64,000 nucleotides of DNA, from positions 124,001-188,000 of the forward strand of contig QPMI01000200.1 in the NCBI GenBank assembly GCA_004431415.1, read 5' to 3'. Source of the stretch: Cyanophora paradoxa CCMP329. Taxonomy: Eukaryota > Plantae > Glaucophyta. The notes under the pieces were generated by a model. That model ran no database searches, had not been told where the DNA came from, and saw only the letters and a list, made by a program, of their open reading frames with translations. This document shows positions 13,901 to 26,223 of the stretch, one piece after another; the first letter of the stretch is position 1, and each line of letters opens with the position of its first letter. A program made the translations under genes and the position numbers.

Positions 13901-16900
13901 CGAGCCGCGGCGCCGCCCGCCGCGCCCCCGCCCCGCCCCGCGAGCTGCGCCGCCACCCGCTGAGCCCCCGCCCTGCCCGGAAAGCCGAGTCGCTGCCCGA
14001 CGCGCCTCCGCCCGTCCGGCGAGCCGCGTCGCCGCCCGCCGAGCCTCCGTCCCGCCCCGCGAGCTGCGCCGCCGCCCCCGCGCCCCCGCCCCGCCCAGTG
14101 AGCCGCGCCGCCACCCTGCCCGGAGAGCCGCGCTCGCCGCGTCTCCCACCTGGCCGGAGGGAGCTGTGCCACCACCCGCTGTCTCGCTGAACCCGCCAGG
14201 CAAGTTAAGCGGGGGGAGAGAGGGGGGAGGGAGGGAGAGCCGTGGGCGAGGGGAGGCATACTCCGAGGGCGCTTCGGCGCGGCGGCGGCAGGGCTCTTGC
14301 GGCCGCGGGGTGCACAGGCAGCCGCGAGGGCGGGCGCGGGGCGCTTGTCGTTGTGCGGCGCGGCGGGGGCGGCGGGGCGCTCGAAGATCCTCTCCCGCGG
14401 CAGCGGGACGCCTCGAAAATTCAAAATCCTCGAGAGCTGCGAGGGCGTCAGCAGCAGGCAGGCCGGGCTGTGCCGGGCAGGGCGCTCGGCACGGCGCACC
14501 GTCTCTGCGGGCGGGGCGAAAGCGACGGGGCGGGGCGGGGCGACGGCGACGGGGCCGGGCGAAGCGACAGCGCCGGGGCGGGCCGGGGAGCCGGCGGGGC
14601 TGCACGGGGCTGCACGGGGCGTGCGCCCCGGGCCGCCGCCCGCCGATCCTACGCCCCGCCGTGCAATCCATGCTGCCGCCCTCCGCTCCCTCCGACCATC
14701 GCCCCGGGACTCGATCATCCTGCGCGACAGGAGCGCCTTGTCAGCGACGCGTACGCACACAGACCGCTCAACTCACCTCGTCTAGGCCTGAGCCTCACCA
14801 AGCTGTGGAAGAGGGGTCCAGAATTCGGAGCCTGGAGACGGCGCGCGCGATCCAGCGCCTGGAACGCAAGCAAGAATCGTGAGACATGCGTTCGCGCGCC
14901 GCTGACGCAAAGCTATGGTCCGGTGGCCCACCCCCGGCGATGGCGACGCGCTCGGCAGGGCGCGCTCGCCGCCAGCGGCGTGCCGGCACTCCATCGCCCG
15001 CTACGAAGGAGAGATCAACAGCGAGAAGCGTGCGGCAGTTCGCCTGTCCCCCGTTCCCGGCCAGGCGGCCGCCGCACCTTGGCTCGGCTTGGGCGCAGGG
15101 CCAACCAACTGGGCCGACGGGGCTCACCGCCGGCGATCCCTGCGAAATCGAGTGAGCTGTACGTCACGCGTGGAACGCGGAGGGCACGGCATAGACGCAC
15201 GTCGTCGGTTTGTGGGAGGAAGGCAGGCCGTGAACGCAGCGCCGCACGGAAACACGGCCACGCCAGGGCATAGACATGCAGCTGCGAGAACACGGGCCAC
15301 ATGCGCCTAGCTATAGCTAACGAAAGGGCCGCGCGCCGCATCTGCGAGCTTCCGCCAACGTGCTCGGCACCGCGGCCGAGCGAGCTGCGAAGGAGCATGG
15401 GACCGCTCAGGCTTCCTCGGAAAGCTGAGCCGAAGGGCGTCCTCAAGCATCCTCGATCGATATCGCTGTTGGTGTCGCTGCCGCTTTCGCCCAACAGCTG
15501 TGTACCCCGAATTCCGCGGCCTTGCACTTTGAAGAGCACGCAGGGCAAGAACTGGCTGCGGCCTCCAGCACGGGACGCAATGCAATCTCGGTGCGTCGGC
15601 GCTGGGCTCTCCACCGCAGCGCATCCTGGTCTCCCTTACTCCACAATTTCAAACAGGTCAAACGGAGTCCGCACAGCTGCCGCGAACTTGACGAGCCTCG
15701 AGCGCGAACGACGTTCGAAGGTGCCTACTTGCATCCTCTCGCGTCCCCCGCCTGTCGCCGGCCTGATTTCAAACGCAGAGCGATGCCCCAGGGCGGCGGG
15801 CGCCCGCTCGTGGCGAAGAGCGCTCGTGTACGCGTCGTTCTTGCCTCTTCAAGCGCCCTTGATCTGCATTCTTAGCCCGGCCGCCGCCGCCAAGTGTTCC
15901 TTCTTTTGGTCGGCTCGCGCAGAAAGGAGAAGGCGGCTGCCGATGCGAAGCAAGGTGCTTTTTCGTTTCATCTCCTTTGCCCCAATCCCTCATTCCGCTG
16001 GCGGTCCAGGGAACGGGGTGACTGGCCCGCGCGAGCAGAGCACCACCATCCAGTTCGCCTAGCGTCTTCTCCCGCAGGCCAGGTGCTCGCTCTTGTTTCC
16101 GCTACTCTCGCGTTGATGTTTTTGTGACGCCGGCCGCGTGCGCAGCGGAGCGGGTGCCGTTCTCGGACGCGTGGCTTCTGGACGGCCGCGGCCTCGGAGT
16201 TCTTGTGCTTGCGGCCGCTGGGGCGCAGGTGCGGCAGGTGCGGTCGTTTGCCGGCGCGCATTCTTCTCTTCTTTCGGTTGACGCTCCGAGCTCAGCGAGC
16301 GCTGCGCCGTCGCGGCGACCGCGTTCCGGGCGCTCTCAATCTCGGTGTGGGCGCTCGGCGACAGGTGCGGTCTGTTTATTGGCGCGCGTTCTCTCTTCTT
16401 TTGATTGAGATTCCTCTCCGTGCGCAGCGAGCGCTCTGCCTTCGACGTCGGGCACGGGCAAGGGATGCTGGAAGCGGGGACGGGCCTCCTGCTCTCTCCT
16501 TGCTGCGGTGCGCAGACGTCCCCTTGCTTCCCACTTCTCTCTTTATGCTAGGAGCCCGCTTATCCTGATGCGCGCAGCGCAGCGAGCGCGGCGACGTTCC
16601 GCAGCGAGTGCGGCGAGGGCGCATTCTGCCTGGGCCGGAGGCGGGCTGCTGGCGATCGGCTGGGCATGCGCAGGCGGCGGACGATGCCGCAGGCAGGACA
16701 GCAGTACTACCTGCTGTTCGGCAGCTGATTGCAGTTAAAACGTTAGTTTTCCTTTTCTCGGCAACTAGCGCGGGGGACGACGCCGCTTGCAGGTCATTGC
16801 GTATTGTGTAAAGCCCTTACAGCCTAAGTTGCAGGCGGGGCAGATTGGGGCAGATGAGCTCGAGGGCGCCCGCGCACGATCGGCCACGAGGCCGCTAGCT

Positions 16901-17399
16901 GTTTCACAGTGTGCGCACATCTACACGAGGGCGCCGCGCGGGCTCGGGATTGGCCCCCACGAGGGCGCTGAGCTGTGTGCGCATGCGCACATGTACTACG
17001 GTACGACCTAGGGGCGCCGGCGCCACGCGTACGCGTGCCCCGTCGAGCTTGACGACCGACTCTCTCTCTCGGCGAGCTCGCCGAGTCGAGCCGCGTCGAG
17101 CTCAGGCCCATAGCAACGAGCTCGACGACCGTCGACCGGTACCGGCCACGCTGCTGGCTATAGCTACGTATACGCCGGCGCAGTGCGTCGGACACTGCGT
17201 CCAGCTGCGTCGAGCGGCGCAGTGCGTCAAACTTCGAGTGCGTCGAGCGACGCAGTTTCGTGAAACTTGGCGCACTGCTTGAAACTGCGTGGAGATTTCG
17301 AGCAGTGCTTCATTTCCGACGCAATGCTTGAAATTCCCACGCAATGCTTGAAATTTCCGACGCAATGCGTGGGTGAGCCAAAAGTGCCGGGGTACCCGG
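7970..17399. mobile_element. Foldback-type non-autonomous DNA transposon, complete copy 2 (9,430 bp)
   Basis: Terminal inverted repeats CCGGGTACCCCGGCACTTTTGGCTCACCCACGCATTGCGTCG... at both ends, continuing imperfectly for about 250 bp. Flanks GCGCCTTC (7962-7969) and GCACCTTC (17400-17407) form an 8-bp TSD with 1 mismatch. Inner inverted arms at about 8565-11075 and 14361-16768. No transposase recognised. Confidence 0.85.
11553..13503. repeat. 348-bp tandem repeat array (about 5.6 units), core of foldback copy 2
   Basis: Same units and same 8-bp insertion variants as 1754-3704. Confidence 0.95.
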
Positions 17400-20300
17400 G
17401 CACCTTCTCCTCCCTGATGACCAGCGGCAGAGGAGTCGACACTGACACGGGCGCGACGTACACGGCTCGCCTCCCGCTCCAGACGACGGTGTCACGGACA
17501 GAACCGCCCTTCTGCCGCCAGGTTCCTCCGGCCATGTGCGACCTGCTTCATCGCATCTACTGCAACCTCGCCGTCTACGCCCCCCAGCTCGCTGGTCTAC
17601 GCGAGGCGGTCTTCCCTTCTCTTGCCGACGAGTACATCAACATCCCCCTCGCCGACACGTCCACGTTCGTGGTCACGGACCCGCCGCGCCCGACGAGCTG
17701 GACCAAGTCCGTCAGGCCGGGCGACGAGTACGGGCTCCTTCGCTCTGCCAGGCTGGATGCTGGGTCGCCCGCGGCCTACTCTCACATTCAGCCGGCGTAC
17801 GGAACGGACATCTCGGCTGTACCGTGGACTCAGGTGGGGCAATGCGACGTCACGGGACCGTTCACTCGAACGGATCCGGTACAGCCTCCGAACCTCGACA
17901 ATCTCCAGTGGACCTGGAATCCTCAGTCCCTCCCCGCACTGGGCACGGGCTACATGGAGGACTACCCTCCCCACGTCCTCCTTCGCGTGCTTCTGCTGAT
18001 GGCGCCGGCACACCGCGAACGAGTGTGCACGGCCTTCAAACTGTCGGAGCTGGAGGTGGAGCGGGCGATCATTCAGTTCGCCAACGATGATCCTCTCCCG
18101 TTCTTCGACGACATCGTGCCGCATGCGAACGAGCGCATCATGACGCTCATGCAGCTCACCGCCCTCCGCACGGCGGACGAGGAGACGGACCAGCGGCGGA
18201 GGAACGAGGAGTACCGCCGGCGCGCCCAGGACCGCGACGAGGAGTCGCCAAGTGACCACGACGAGCCAGCTGGAATTCGAACGCCGGCGGGCTTGGCTGC
18301 TGTCTTGTTAACCCGCCCTGCAAACGACGGCTTGGACGATGCCATCCCGGCTGCAGGCGGCTCGTGGCGCCCACCATCCGCGCGCCCGCGCGGGACGATG
18401 CCTTCGGACCAGCTGCCCACCGCACCCTCGGCCGCGCCGCCGACGGTACAGGTTGCAGTCGCAACTCCGACGCCCGCGACGCATCCCCCCACGCCCTCGG
18501 CCACGCAGCCGATGGCGCCGGCTATGACTCCAGCCCCGTCGGTGACAACGTCCGCTGTCGCACCCTCGGCCGCGATGCCGACGGCGCCGACAGTCACGAC
18601 GCCGACCGCGGGACCCTCGACCACGACGCCGACGGCCCCGGAGGAGGCTGAGGACACGGACACGTCGTTCAGCAAGGAGCTCTGCGCGCGGCTTCACATT
18701 GCACCTGATCATGACGAGCACGGCAGACTTCACCCGCCTCCCGACGTTCGCGAGATTCCCGCCCACACATTCTCCCTTGCCCCAGGCTGCGCGATCTACT
18801 GGCCAGGCGAGCAATCGTACATGCTCATGACGACGGCGCTGGACAACGCAGACCTGTACTCGGACGAGCGCCCCGTCGCGTGGTGCCCCGCCTCTTATGA
18901 CGCGGTGGGCATCGCAAACACGGGCGTGTTTCAGAACAACCTTGCACGTCGGATCGGCAGGCGCCCGCTGAACGACGATGACATGGCCCGTTTCAAGGAC
19001 GAGAAGCGCCCGATCCCGCTCACGTACAAGGTCACTCGCGAGGCGCAGGCTGCACAGTTGCTGCATCACATTCCCCGCTTCCGCTCAGCAGTCTACCTTG
19101 TCGCCTGTCTGGCCTACGACAGCACCCCGGCGGAGCTCGTGACTGTACGTGACCTGACTTCGTCGGTTCCCTTCCTCGAGTTCCTCGGCCTCAGCGCAAC
19201 CGACGCGAGCATCGCAAGCTACACGACAGACTCGGTGGCTACCGCGATCCTTTCCTCAGTGATCGACACGGCCCGGGCCTACAAGACGGCGCTGGACGCT
19301 CGCAAAGGCGAGGGGGCCACGACCTCACCGCTGCACCACCACTCCACGCTGCGCGCAGTCACGGCGCAAGGCGACACGCATGCTGTACGCATTCGACTGT
19401 TCCACCAGTCTCTTCGAGAATTGCACAGGCTCCCTCCCGCGCTGGAGGCAGAAGAAGGGCAAGTTCTCATCGATTACGTCGACTCGAAGCTACGGCACAC
19501 GGCTGCGCTGATACCTCGCGTCTCCGTCTATCTCCGGGCCAGGGCACTCGCTCAGGGCACGCTGCTGGCAAGCGTCGTCAGTGCCACAGATGACGCCTCT
19601 CTCCGCACGACCTTCTGCGAACCGCAACCGCTTCTGGTCGAGAACGATGCAATCCCGCGGACCTACATCTTCAGTGTGATCATTGAACAGTCTGAGTACA
19701 TGCTTCGGGCACTGAACCTCACGACGGATACGGCGCGGCTCACTCCGGACCTGATGTCCTGGACAACACATTTTGGCCGTCTAGTTCTTGACAGCCACCG
19801 AGGCGGCCGCCTCACGTCCTGCTTCCTACGTGACCTCGCGAAGGAATTTGAGCTCACGTACTCATCCATCGCCATCTCCATTCCGAACCCCGGTCATCGC
19901 TTTTACGTCCCGACGAACGCCGACGCGGCACTGAAGGCATGCGAGGCGGGCTTGGAGCAGCATCGCAAGGGGTCCTCGCCGACGGGCACTGCCTTCGTCA
20001 CGGAACTTAGCCCGACCGTCGCTATGGCACGCATGAACAGCATCCGTGACCAGACTGCGTACACGCACGCCATCATCAACTACGTACGCGACGCGTTTCC
20101 CAGTGAGGGGTTCGGCCAGGCCCAACCGCCTACGATGAAGCTCAAGCGCCTCCCGGCTACCGACCCGATTCCACTCAGCTACGAACCTCACAGTGAAATC
20201 CTCATCACGCGCAACGAGGCCGCACTTCTGGCAGCTTCGCAGCCTCGGGCTCGCGTGCTCGCTGTTGCGCTCCGCGTTGCGCTGGCGACGCGGTACCAGG

Positions 20301-22557
20301 AGGCGTCGACGCCGGAGGGCCACCTCGTCGCCGAACGGATGGCTACGGCGATGGCGAACCGCATCCTCGCAATCCCTGGCCTCGAGCATCCGCTCACGCT
20401 TCTCTCCGTTCTTCGCGCGTACCTGCGAGACGCCCATGTGCACCTCGGTGTCTACCTCTGTTGGGACCGCGATTCCCCGGACACTCCGATCCGCCACCTC
20501 CTGCCGCGACTCCCGAACGAGTACATGCCCATCTCGACGGCGATCGCAGAGCTCCTTCCGGGTACCGATTACCGTGGGAGAGTCGGACCGCACAAACTCC
20601 CGCAATACTTGCGCACGGGACTCAGCTGGGAGGACATCGTGGCGCGCTCTCTGGGCACGGATCCGTACTTCACGGCGGAGGAGGAGCTTCGCGTGACGCA
20701 GCGGCCTCTCTTGGTGGGCACCAGCAAACGATTGCGCGAATCCGGCAAGAAGGACGAGCAGCTGTCGCAAACTCAGCGGCGGCGCCTCACGGAGAACAAG
20801 CGGAATGAGATCACGAGCCGGGCCCTCCAGCATCTCTTGCAGTTCAATACGGGTATCGCCTTCCACCCTCCCAAGGCTGTCGACGCCATGTTCGCGGAAC
20901 GGTTGGCGTACTTCTGGGACGTGCAGGACGACGAGATCGAGGACGGACACGGCGAGAACGACCTCGCACGAGCACTTCGACGACGCCTCACGGCTATTTG
21001 GCCGGACACTCTCGGGCTCACCACGACACCGTTATCTCGTCCCGACCCTGAATTCTACCCGAATCCCGTAGCAGACGGATACTACGAGATCGCGGGAAGG
21101 GGGGGCAAGCGCTTCCACGATCACGCCCTTGTCCCCAAGGAACGTGATTTTCTCCCGGATTACGGGTCTCTCGAACCCCCACTTCCCCCTGAGCTTTACG
21201 GTACGGAGGCGGGCGACGCGATCCTGGAGGACGCGACGCGTGACGACCTTGTCTCGTACTCCCAGCCACCGATGCCGTTCCTTCAGCAGCGACGGATGCT
21301 GGCCAGCTTATACTCGCTTTCCGAGGAGTATCAACTTCGGGGGCCGTGGTTGACGGGAGCTATCTCGGAAATCTTCACGCGTCCTGAGCGCCCCGTGGAG
21401 AGGACCAACAACCCAGATCCACAGGAGGGCGACCTTCCCCTGGATCGCACTCAGGGCGGTCTCCATGCGATTCGACTCATGCATGGTGACGCCGACATCG
21501 ACAACTTCTTCCGCAAGTTTTATCCGCTGCGACCTCTTTACGGTCTCTTCTACGCGGGGACGAAGAATCTCATTCGGGCGTGCGATCGGGCCATCCGCTT
21601 CCGTAGCGATCCGGAACTCAACGCGTACGGCGCGGGCCTTCGTACAGACGGACCCCGCCTGCGCAACCGTGGAACGACATGGTTCAAGCAGTTTTCCATT
21701 ACGACCTCCAACGAGGCTTCTCCGTCCAACCCCTACAGGTCGTATCTCACGGCTGCAACGAACCCGACCTTGCAGCCTAGCTTTGTTCCGGAGCTGCGTC
21801 TCTCGGAAGAGGCGGGTGACCCGACCACTCCGCTCTTCCCCGACCCCGTCAACACTCCGACTCAGACCCCTCCCTTCCGCACCTTCTTTCACGTACCTGC
21901 GGACTTCAGCGGCAACGCCAACGGGCCTCTTCTTGCAGCCCTCGACCCCACGCCGAACCGAGGGGTGCGCAAGCTCACCATGGCCATGTACGATCCAAAC
22001 CACACGGACACGTGGACACTACTCACGAATGGCATTATTCGTCCGTCTCGCGAAGACGCGCGGACCATCGATTACGTACGGCTGGGGATCAGTGCAAGCA
22101 ACATGCTTCTTCCGGGCGGCATCATTCACGAGACTCACGAACGCCTCGCGGGTACGGATTGGCAACATGTCGTCATTGCCTTCCCGCTCGACGTCCACCT
22201 CTACATCGCGGGCATTGCCTTCTTCGTTGCACAGTGGGGAATTCTTTCCAGCTCCTTCCCCACGCACGTCGTCGATCTCCACCCGGCGTTGCACCGCATG
22301 CTGTCAGATTACGTGCACCGGATGCGGGAAACATTGGGTTTTACTGTCAATGAAACCGGCATCGCCAGCTTGACAGATTACTGGACGAGCGAGTCCAGCA
22401 CGTGGTCGCCGGCATACCGTATTCCGGCGGGCTCTCTACAATCGGCGTTGTCGGCACTTCTCCTCAAGTACATCATCGCTCACAACGCGCGCCTCATAGT
22501 CCCTCGTGACGTGCATCGGAGGGTGAACCGCAACGGCCCCAACTACGACACCCTGCG

Positions 22558-24090
22558 TATCCTCCCGCATAATTTCAAAGCTTGGAGGGCGACGGCGCGG
22601 CGCCCCGTCCCCTCGCCGCACCGTCGCACCTTCGGCCGCTGAGCGCACGCGTCGCCAGCAGAGGCCGCGGCGCCAGAAGAGGCCGCGGCGCCAGAGTCCG
22701 CCCGCGGCCCGCCCCCAGCGACCGAAGCCAGCGGCTGCGGGAAGTGCCGCCCAGCGCCAGCTCGGTCTGCGCTTGAGTTGCCTGCATAAATGTGAGCCAA
22801 GGACGCGCCGCAGACCCATGAGCTGCATGGGCGGCGCACCTCACCCGGCGGGGGTTGGAGGGGATCAGCGCAAAGGTGGAGACGAACGCTATAGAGCACG
22901 ACATGCCATCGCTTTCGCCCGCTGTCATCCGCCACGCCATCGCCCCGCCTGGTAAGCCACGCGCTGGGCATGCGCACGCCCCACACCCACCACCGCCGCC
23001 GAATCGGAGGCGGCGTGCGGAAGATCCAGCGACCGGGGCTGCAATTGCACAACGTGAGCACTGCAAACGCGTACCGCCGGCCCCGAAGCGCGGCTCGGCC
23101 GGCTCGACCGGACCGATCGGTCCGAACGCGGCGGCGGAAGCGCTGAAGCTGCGATTGCTTCGTCTACATGTGCATCAGCGTGACCAGGTCGATGCTCCAC
23201 AGGTCCGAAAGCGCTGCGCGGGAAGGGGACAGCCGGTCAGCTGCAGGGTTCGGAGCGGATCAGCCCAGAAGCGGCCACGGACGCTCTGGAGCTGCACACG
23301 CATCGCTCGCATCACGCTCACGAACTGCGGGAGTCAAAACTGTGCCTCGGGGGCGCGAGCGCAGCGGTCAACGAGCCGCGCATCCCGTCGACTCGCCGTG
23401 GAGCCTCCCGACCCGTTCCTGTGCGCCGCGTGAGCCAGGAGACGGAGCAGGAGCCCTCCTAGCACGGGAAAGACGCACCGCGCGACCCCCGGGCCTTCAC
23501 AGCGGGGAGCTGCCGAGCGAGGGAGTACCGCGCTCCGCGGGGACGGAATCGGGCGCGACTCGGCGAGCTCGACGCCAAACGAGCTGCTAACGATGCGGCT
23601 GCACGCTGCTAGCGTCCGCAGATGCCGCGAGCTGCGGATCTGGCCCCCGTGGCTAGCGAGCCAGTACTGCTAGAGTTGGCAAGCGTTGGCAGGCGCCCCG
23701 GCGGCCGCTTGCGAGCGCGAAGGGAGCTAGAACGCCGCCAGGCCGTAGGCGCGTTCGGCGGAGAACCGTAGAACGTTCTACGTATACGCGTTCTACGACG
23801 GATCTAAGCTTCCACGCTCTACGTTCAAAACCATTCTAAAAGTTCAAAACAAACAAAAACCATAGAACGTTCTATAGAACGGTTCTACGTTCTAAGAAAG
23901 GTTTTGAAATTATGCGGGAGGATAGTTCGGCGGAGAACCGTAGAACGTTCTACGCGTTCTACGACGGATCTAAGCTTCCACGCTCTACGTTCAAAACCAT
24001 TCTAAAAGTTCAAAACAAACAAAAACCATAGAACGTTCTATAGAACGGTTCTACGTTCTAAGAAAGGTTTTGAAATTATGCGGGAGGATA
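22558..24090. mobile_element. Non-autonomous TIR DNA transposon, 1,533 bp, 5-bp TSD
   Basis: 22-bp TIR TATCCTCCCGCATAATTTCAAA / TTTGAAATTATGCGGGAGGATA. TSD CTGCG at 22553-22557 and 24091-24095. Removal gives in-frame YDTLR|QQLNEF. Confidence 0.9.
23753..24090. repeat. Tandem duplication of the right end, including the TIR, of the 1.5-kb element
   Basis: Units 23753-23924 (172 bp) and 23925-24090 (166 bp) differ by a 6-nt insertion. Confidence 0.9.
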
Positions 24091-26223
24091 CTGCGCCAGC
24101 AGCTGAACGAGTTCAAATCGGCACGCCTGCAGCGCTGGTGGCCGAACGCGTTCACTCTCACGGACGAGCTGCGGGAGCTATTCAAATCCGAGACGGTCAC
24201 TGCGGAGCAGGCTGAGAACCTCACGCCAACAGCAGGCTTCGTTGAAGTGGACCGCAACATTATCACGGCCCAAATCCGCGACTTCATCGACGTGATGCGC
24301 CCTCATGTCGAGAACGCCATGGCGGACGAACTTGACCCGGACACGCGTACGGACGCCTGGGACCCATTCCTCATTCGCCTCGGCGCAGTCCTCTACGAGC
24401 CGGACCTGCGACTGGAGCTGTCGAACTGGATCACACGGGTCTTTAATTGGCCGAGCTCTCCCTCGATGGAGAACTACGACTACAGCAACTCGCTGTACTA
24501 CACTTACGAGGCGATTCCCCCGCTCCGCTACTCAGACTCCCGACCCGATGATGAGGACTATCGGCGACACTTCCCGCACGTGTACTACGAGTGCTCGCCC
24601 GGTCCTGGTCGCTGGACTTCTCCATTCGATGGTCTAGCCGACGGCCACAAGGTCTTCAATCCGCTCAAGTTCGCCCTCCGCCACAACCCCGCCACTCCTT
24701 GAGTGTATGCCATCGATATCTACGAGGCGCCGTACGCGGACCGGCTCCCATCCGAGCAGCGGACGGCCGATCTCCCGGCGACGCCGACGCGGTGGTCCAT
24801 GTCCCCGAGCCTCGGGCCCGCGGACGTTGACGGCGCCCCTGCTTCGCCGCCTCTTCATCCGCGTGGCTATCGCATCCTGCGAACCCGTCGCCGCACTCTG
24901 AAGCCTGTGCGCTCGTGGGTGGAAGGCTGGAACGCTACGCGGCGCCTCTACTACGCCCACTCGATCGCCGACGCTCTGCGACAGCACACGAGCTCCACGC
25001 CCCCGGACTCGACTTCGGTGGGGTTGACGGCGACGGGTGCGGCAGCGGTCGACCCCACTGCAACAGTGACGGTCAAGATGGCAACCGTACCGGCAGCCGT
25101 CGCGCCTGACGACGAGATGTCCAACGCCGACGCAATCTGGGGTTCGGATGACGAGATGCCGACGGCGCCCACGTCTGCGACAGAGGACCCGCCTCCGCCT
25201 GACGACACTGGCGTGCCTTCCGACCGCCCCACCTCGCCTTTCCCGTGGTACTGCGGTCCTCTCCCGATCCCGCGCAACGGGCTTCTTTTCGTCGAGACCG
25301 CCGACTTCGCGTACTCTCCCTACTCGGCCCAGGGCACGCCGTACTGCTGGATCGAGTTCGCCCTGACGTCACCGGCTCACCAGACGATCATCGTGCCACG
25401 AGTGTCGCTGTTCGACGACGTGTCCTTCGCTCAGTCCTTCCACATGTACGACTGGAGCCGCCTTTCGCCCTCGCACTGCGTCAACGCTCAGTACCTGGCC
25501 CGTCTCGCTGACGAACTGCGCGACACTCCGGTCGTTCTCAACACCAGCGCGGGCTTGGCTTTGGAGCTGGCACGCTCGCAAGTCATCCTCACGCGCCTGG
25601 CGTTTGTCATGAACACGCTCGGCCGCCCGGCGTACGACGCTCTCCTGTACTCGTCGCTCGATTGCGTTCACGCTCAGCGTTCGCGTTACTACGTCGACAT
25701 CATCCTACGCGGTGACCGTGGGCTGACCCAGGCCTGGCCGATCCTCATTCAGTACCTGCGGAAAACGGCCCCGTTCTTCCGTTCGAGCTTGGCGTACGAG
25801 ACTCTGGGACCGTACATGGACCCTCGAGAGATCACGGTGGCCCAGCTGACGTTGGACCCTGGACTCGAGACGGATGAGGGTGCGGGTGGTGTCACTTTTG
25901 GGACCCTCACGACGGCGCACATCACCTCCTGCAGCAAGCGGAATGGTGCGAGGGGTATTCGCGGCGACCTCTACACCCAGGGCCTGGGCTACACGGACAC
26001 CGGCACCGACTCTGCACGACCGTCGCCCGCGACAAGCCCGTTCTTCTGGGTGGCAGCTGGACGCCTTCCGCGGACGCACCCACCGAGGCTCGCCCTCGCT
26101 GGCGCGCGCGTCAAGCGTCCCTTCACGCCGGAGTGGCTCCTCAAGCCCGCTCCCTCTTTGGTGAAGGCGATGTGCCGCAAGAAGGTGAACACGGCGAATC
26201 TCCAAGCACCTGACTTATAATTA

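Larger units (their letters stand above)
17408..26217 (+). pseudogene. Large uncharacterised N-terminal (Gag-position) region of the retroelement polyprotein
   Basis: Intronless frames 17408-22557, 24096-24699 and 24703-26217 are colinear after removing the 22558-24090 insertion. One in-frame TGA at 24700. Pro/Thr/Ala linker at about 18380-18660. No recognisable domain and no CCHC knuckle seen. Confidence 0.75.

Noticed and set aside
21-17282. Numerous 60-430-aa ORFs inside the foldback arms and satellite
   Set aside because: They are GC-driven Arg/Ala/Gly/Pro frames that change between the two copies through homopolymer indels, with no domain motifs.
17267-22642. 1,791-aa ORF as a standalone gene
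   Set aside because: Its first ~45 and last ~28 codons are read through transposon TIRs, so it is an internal fragment of a longer ORF.
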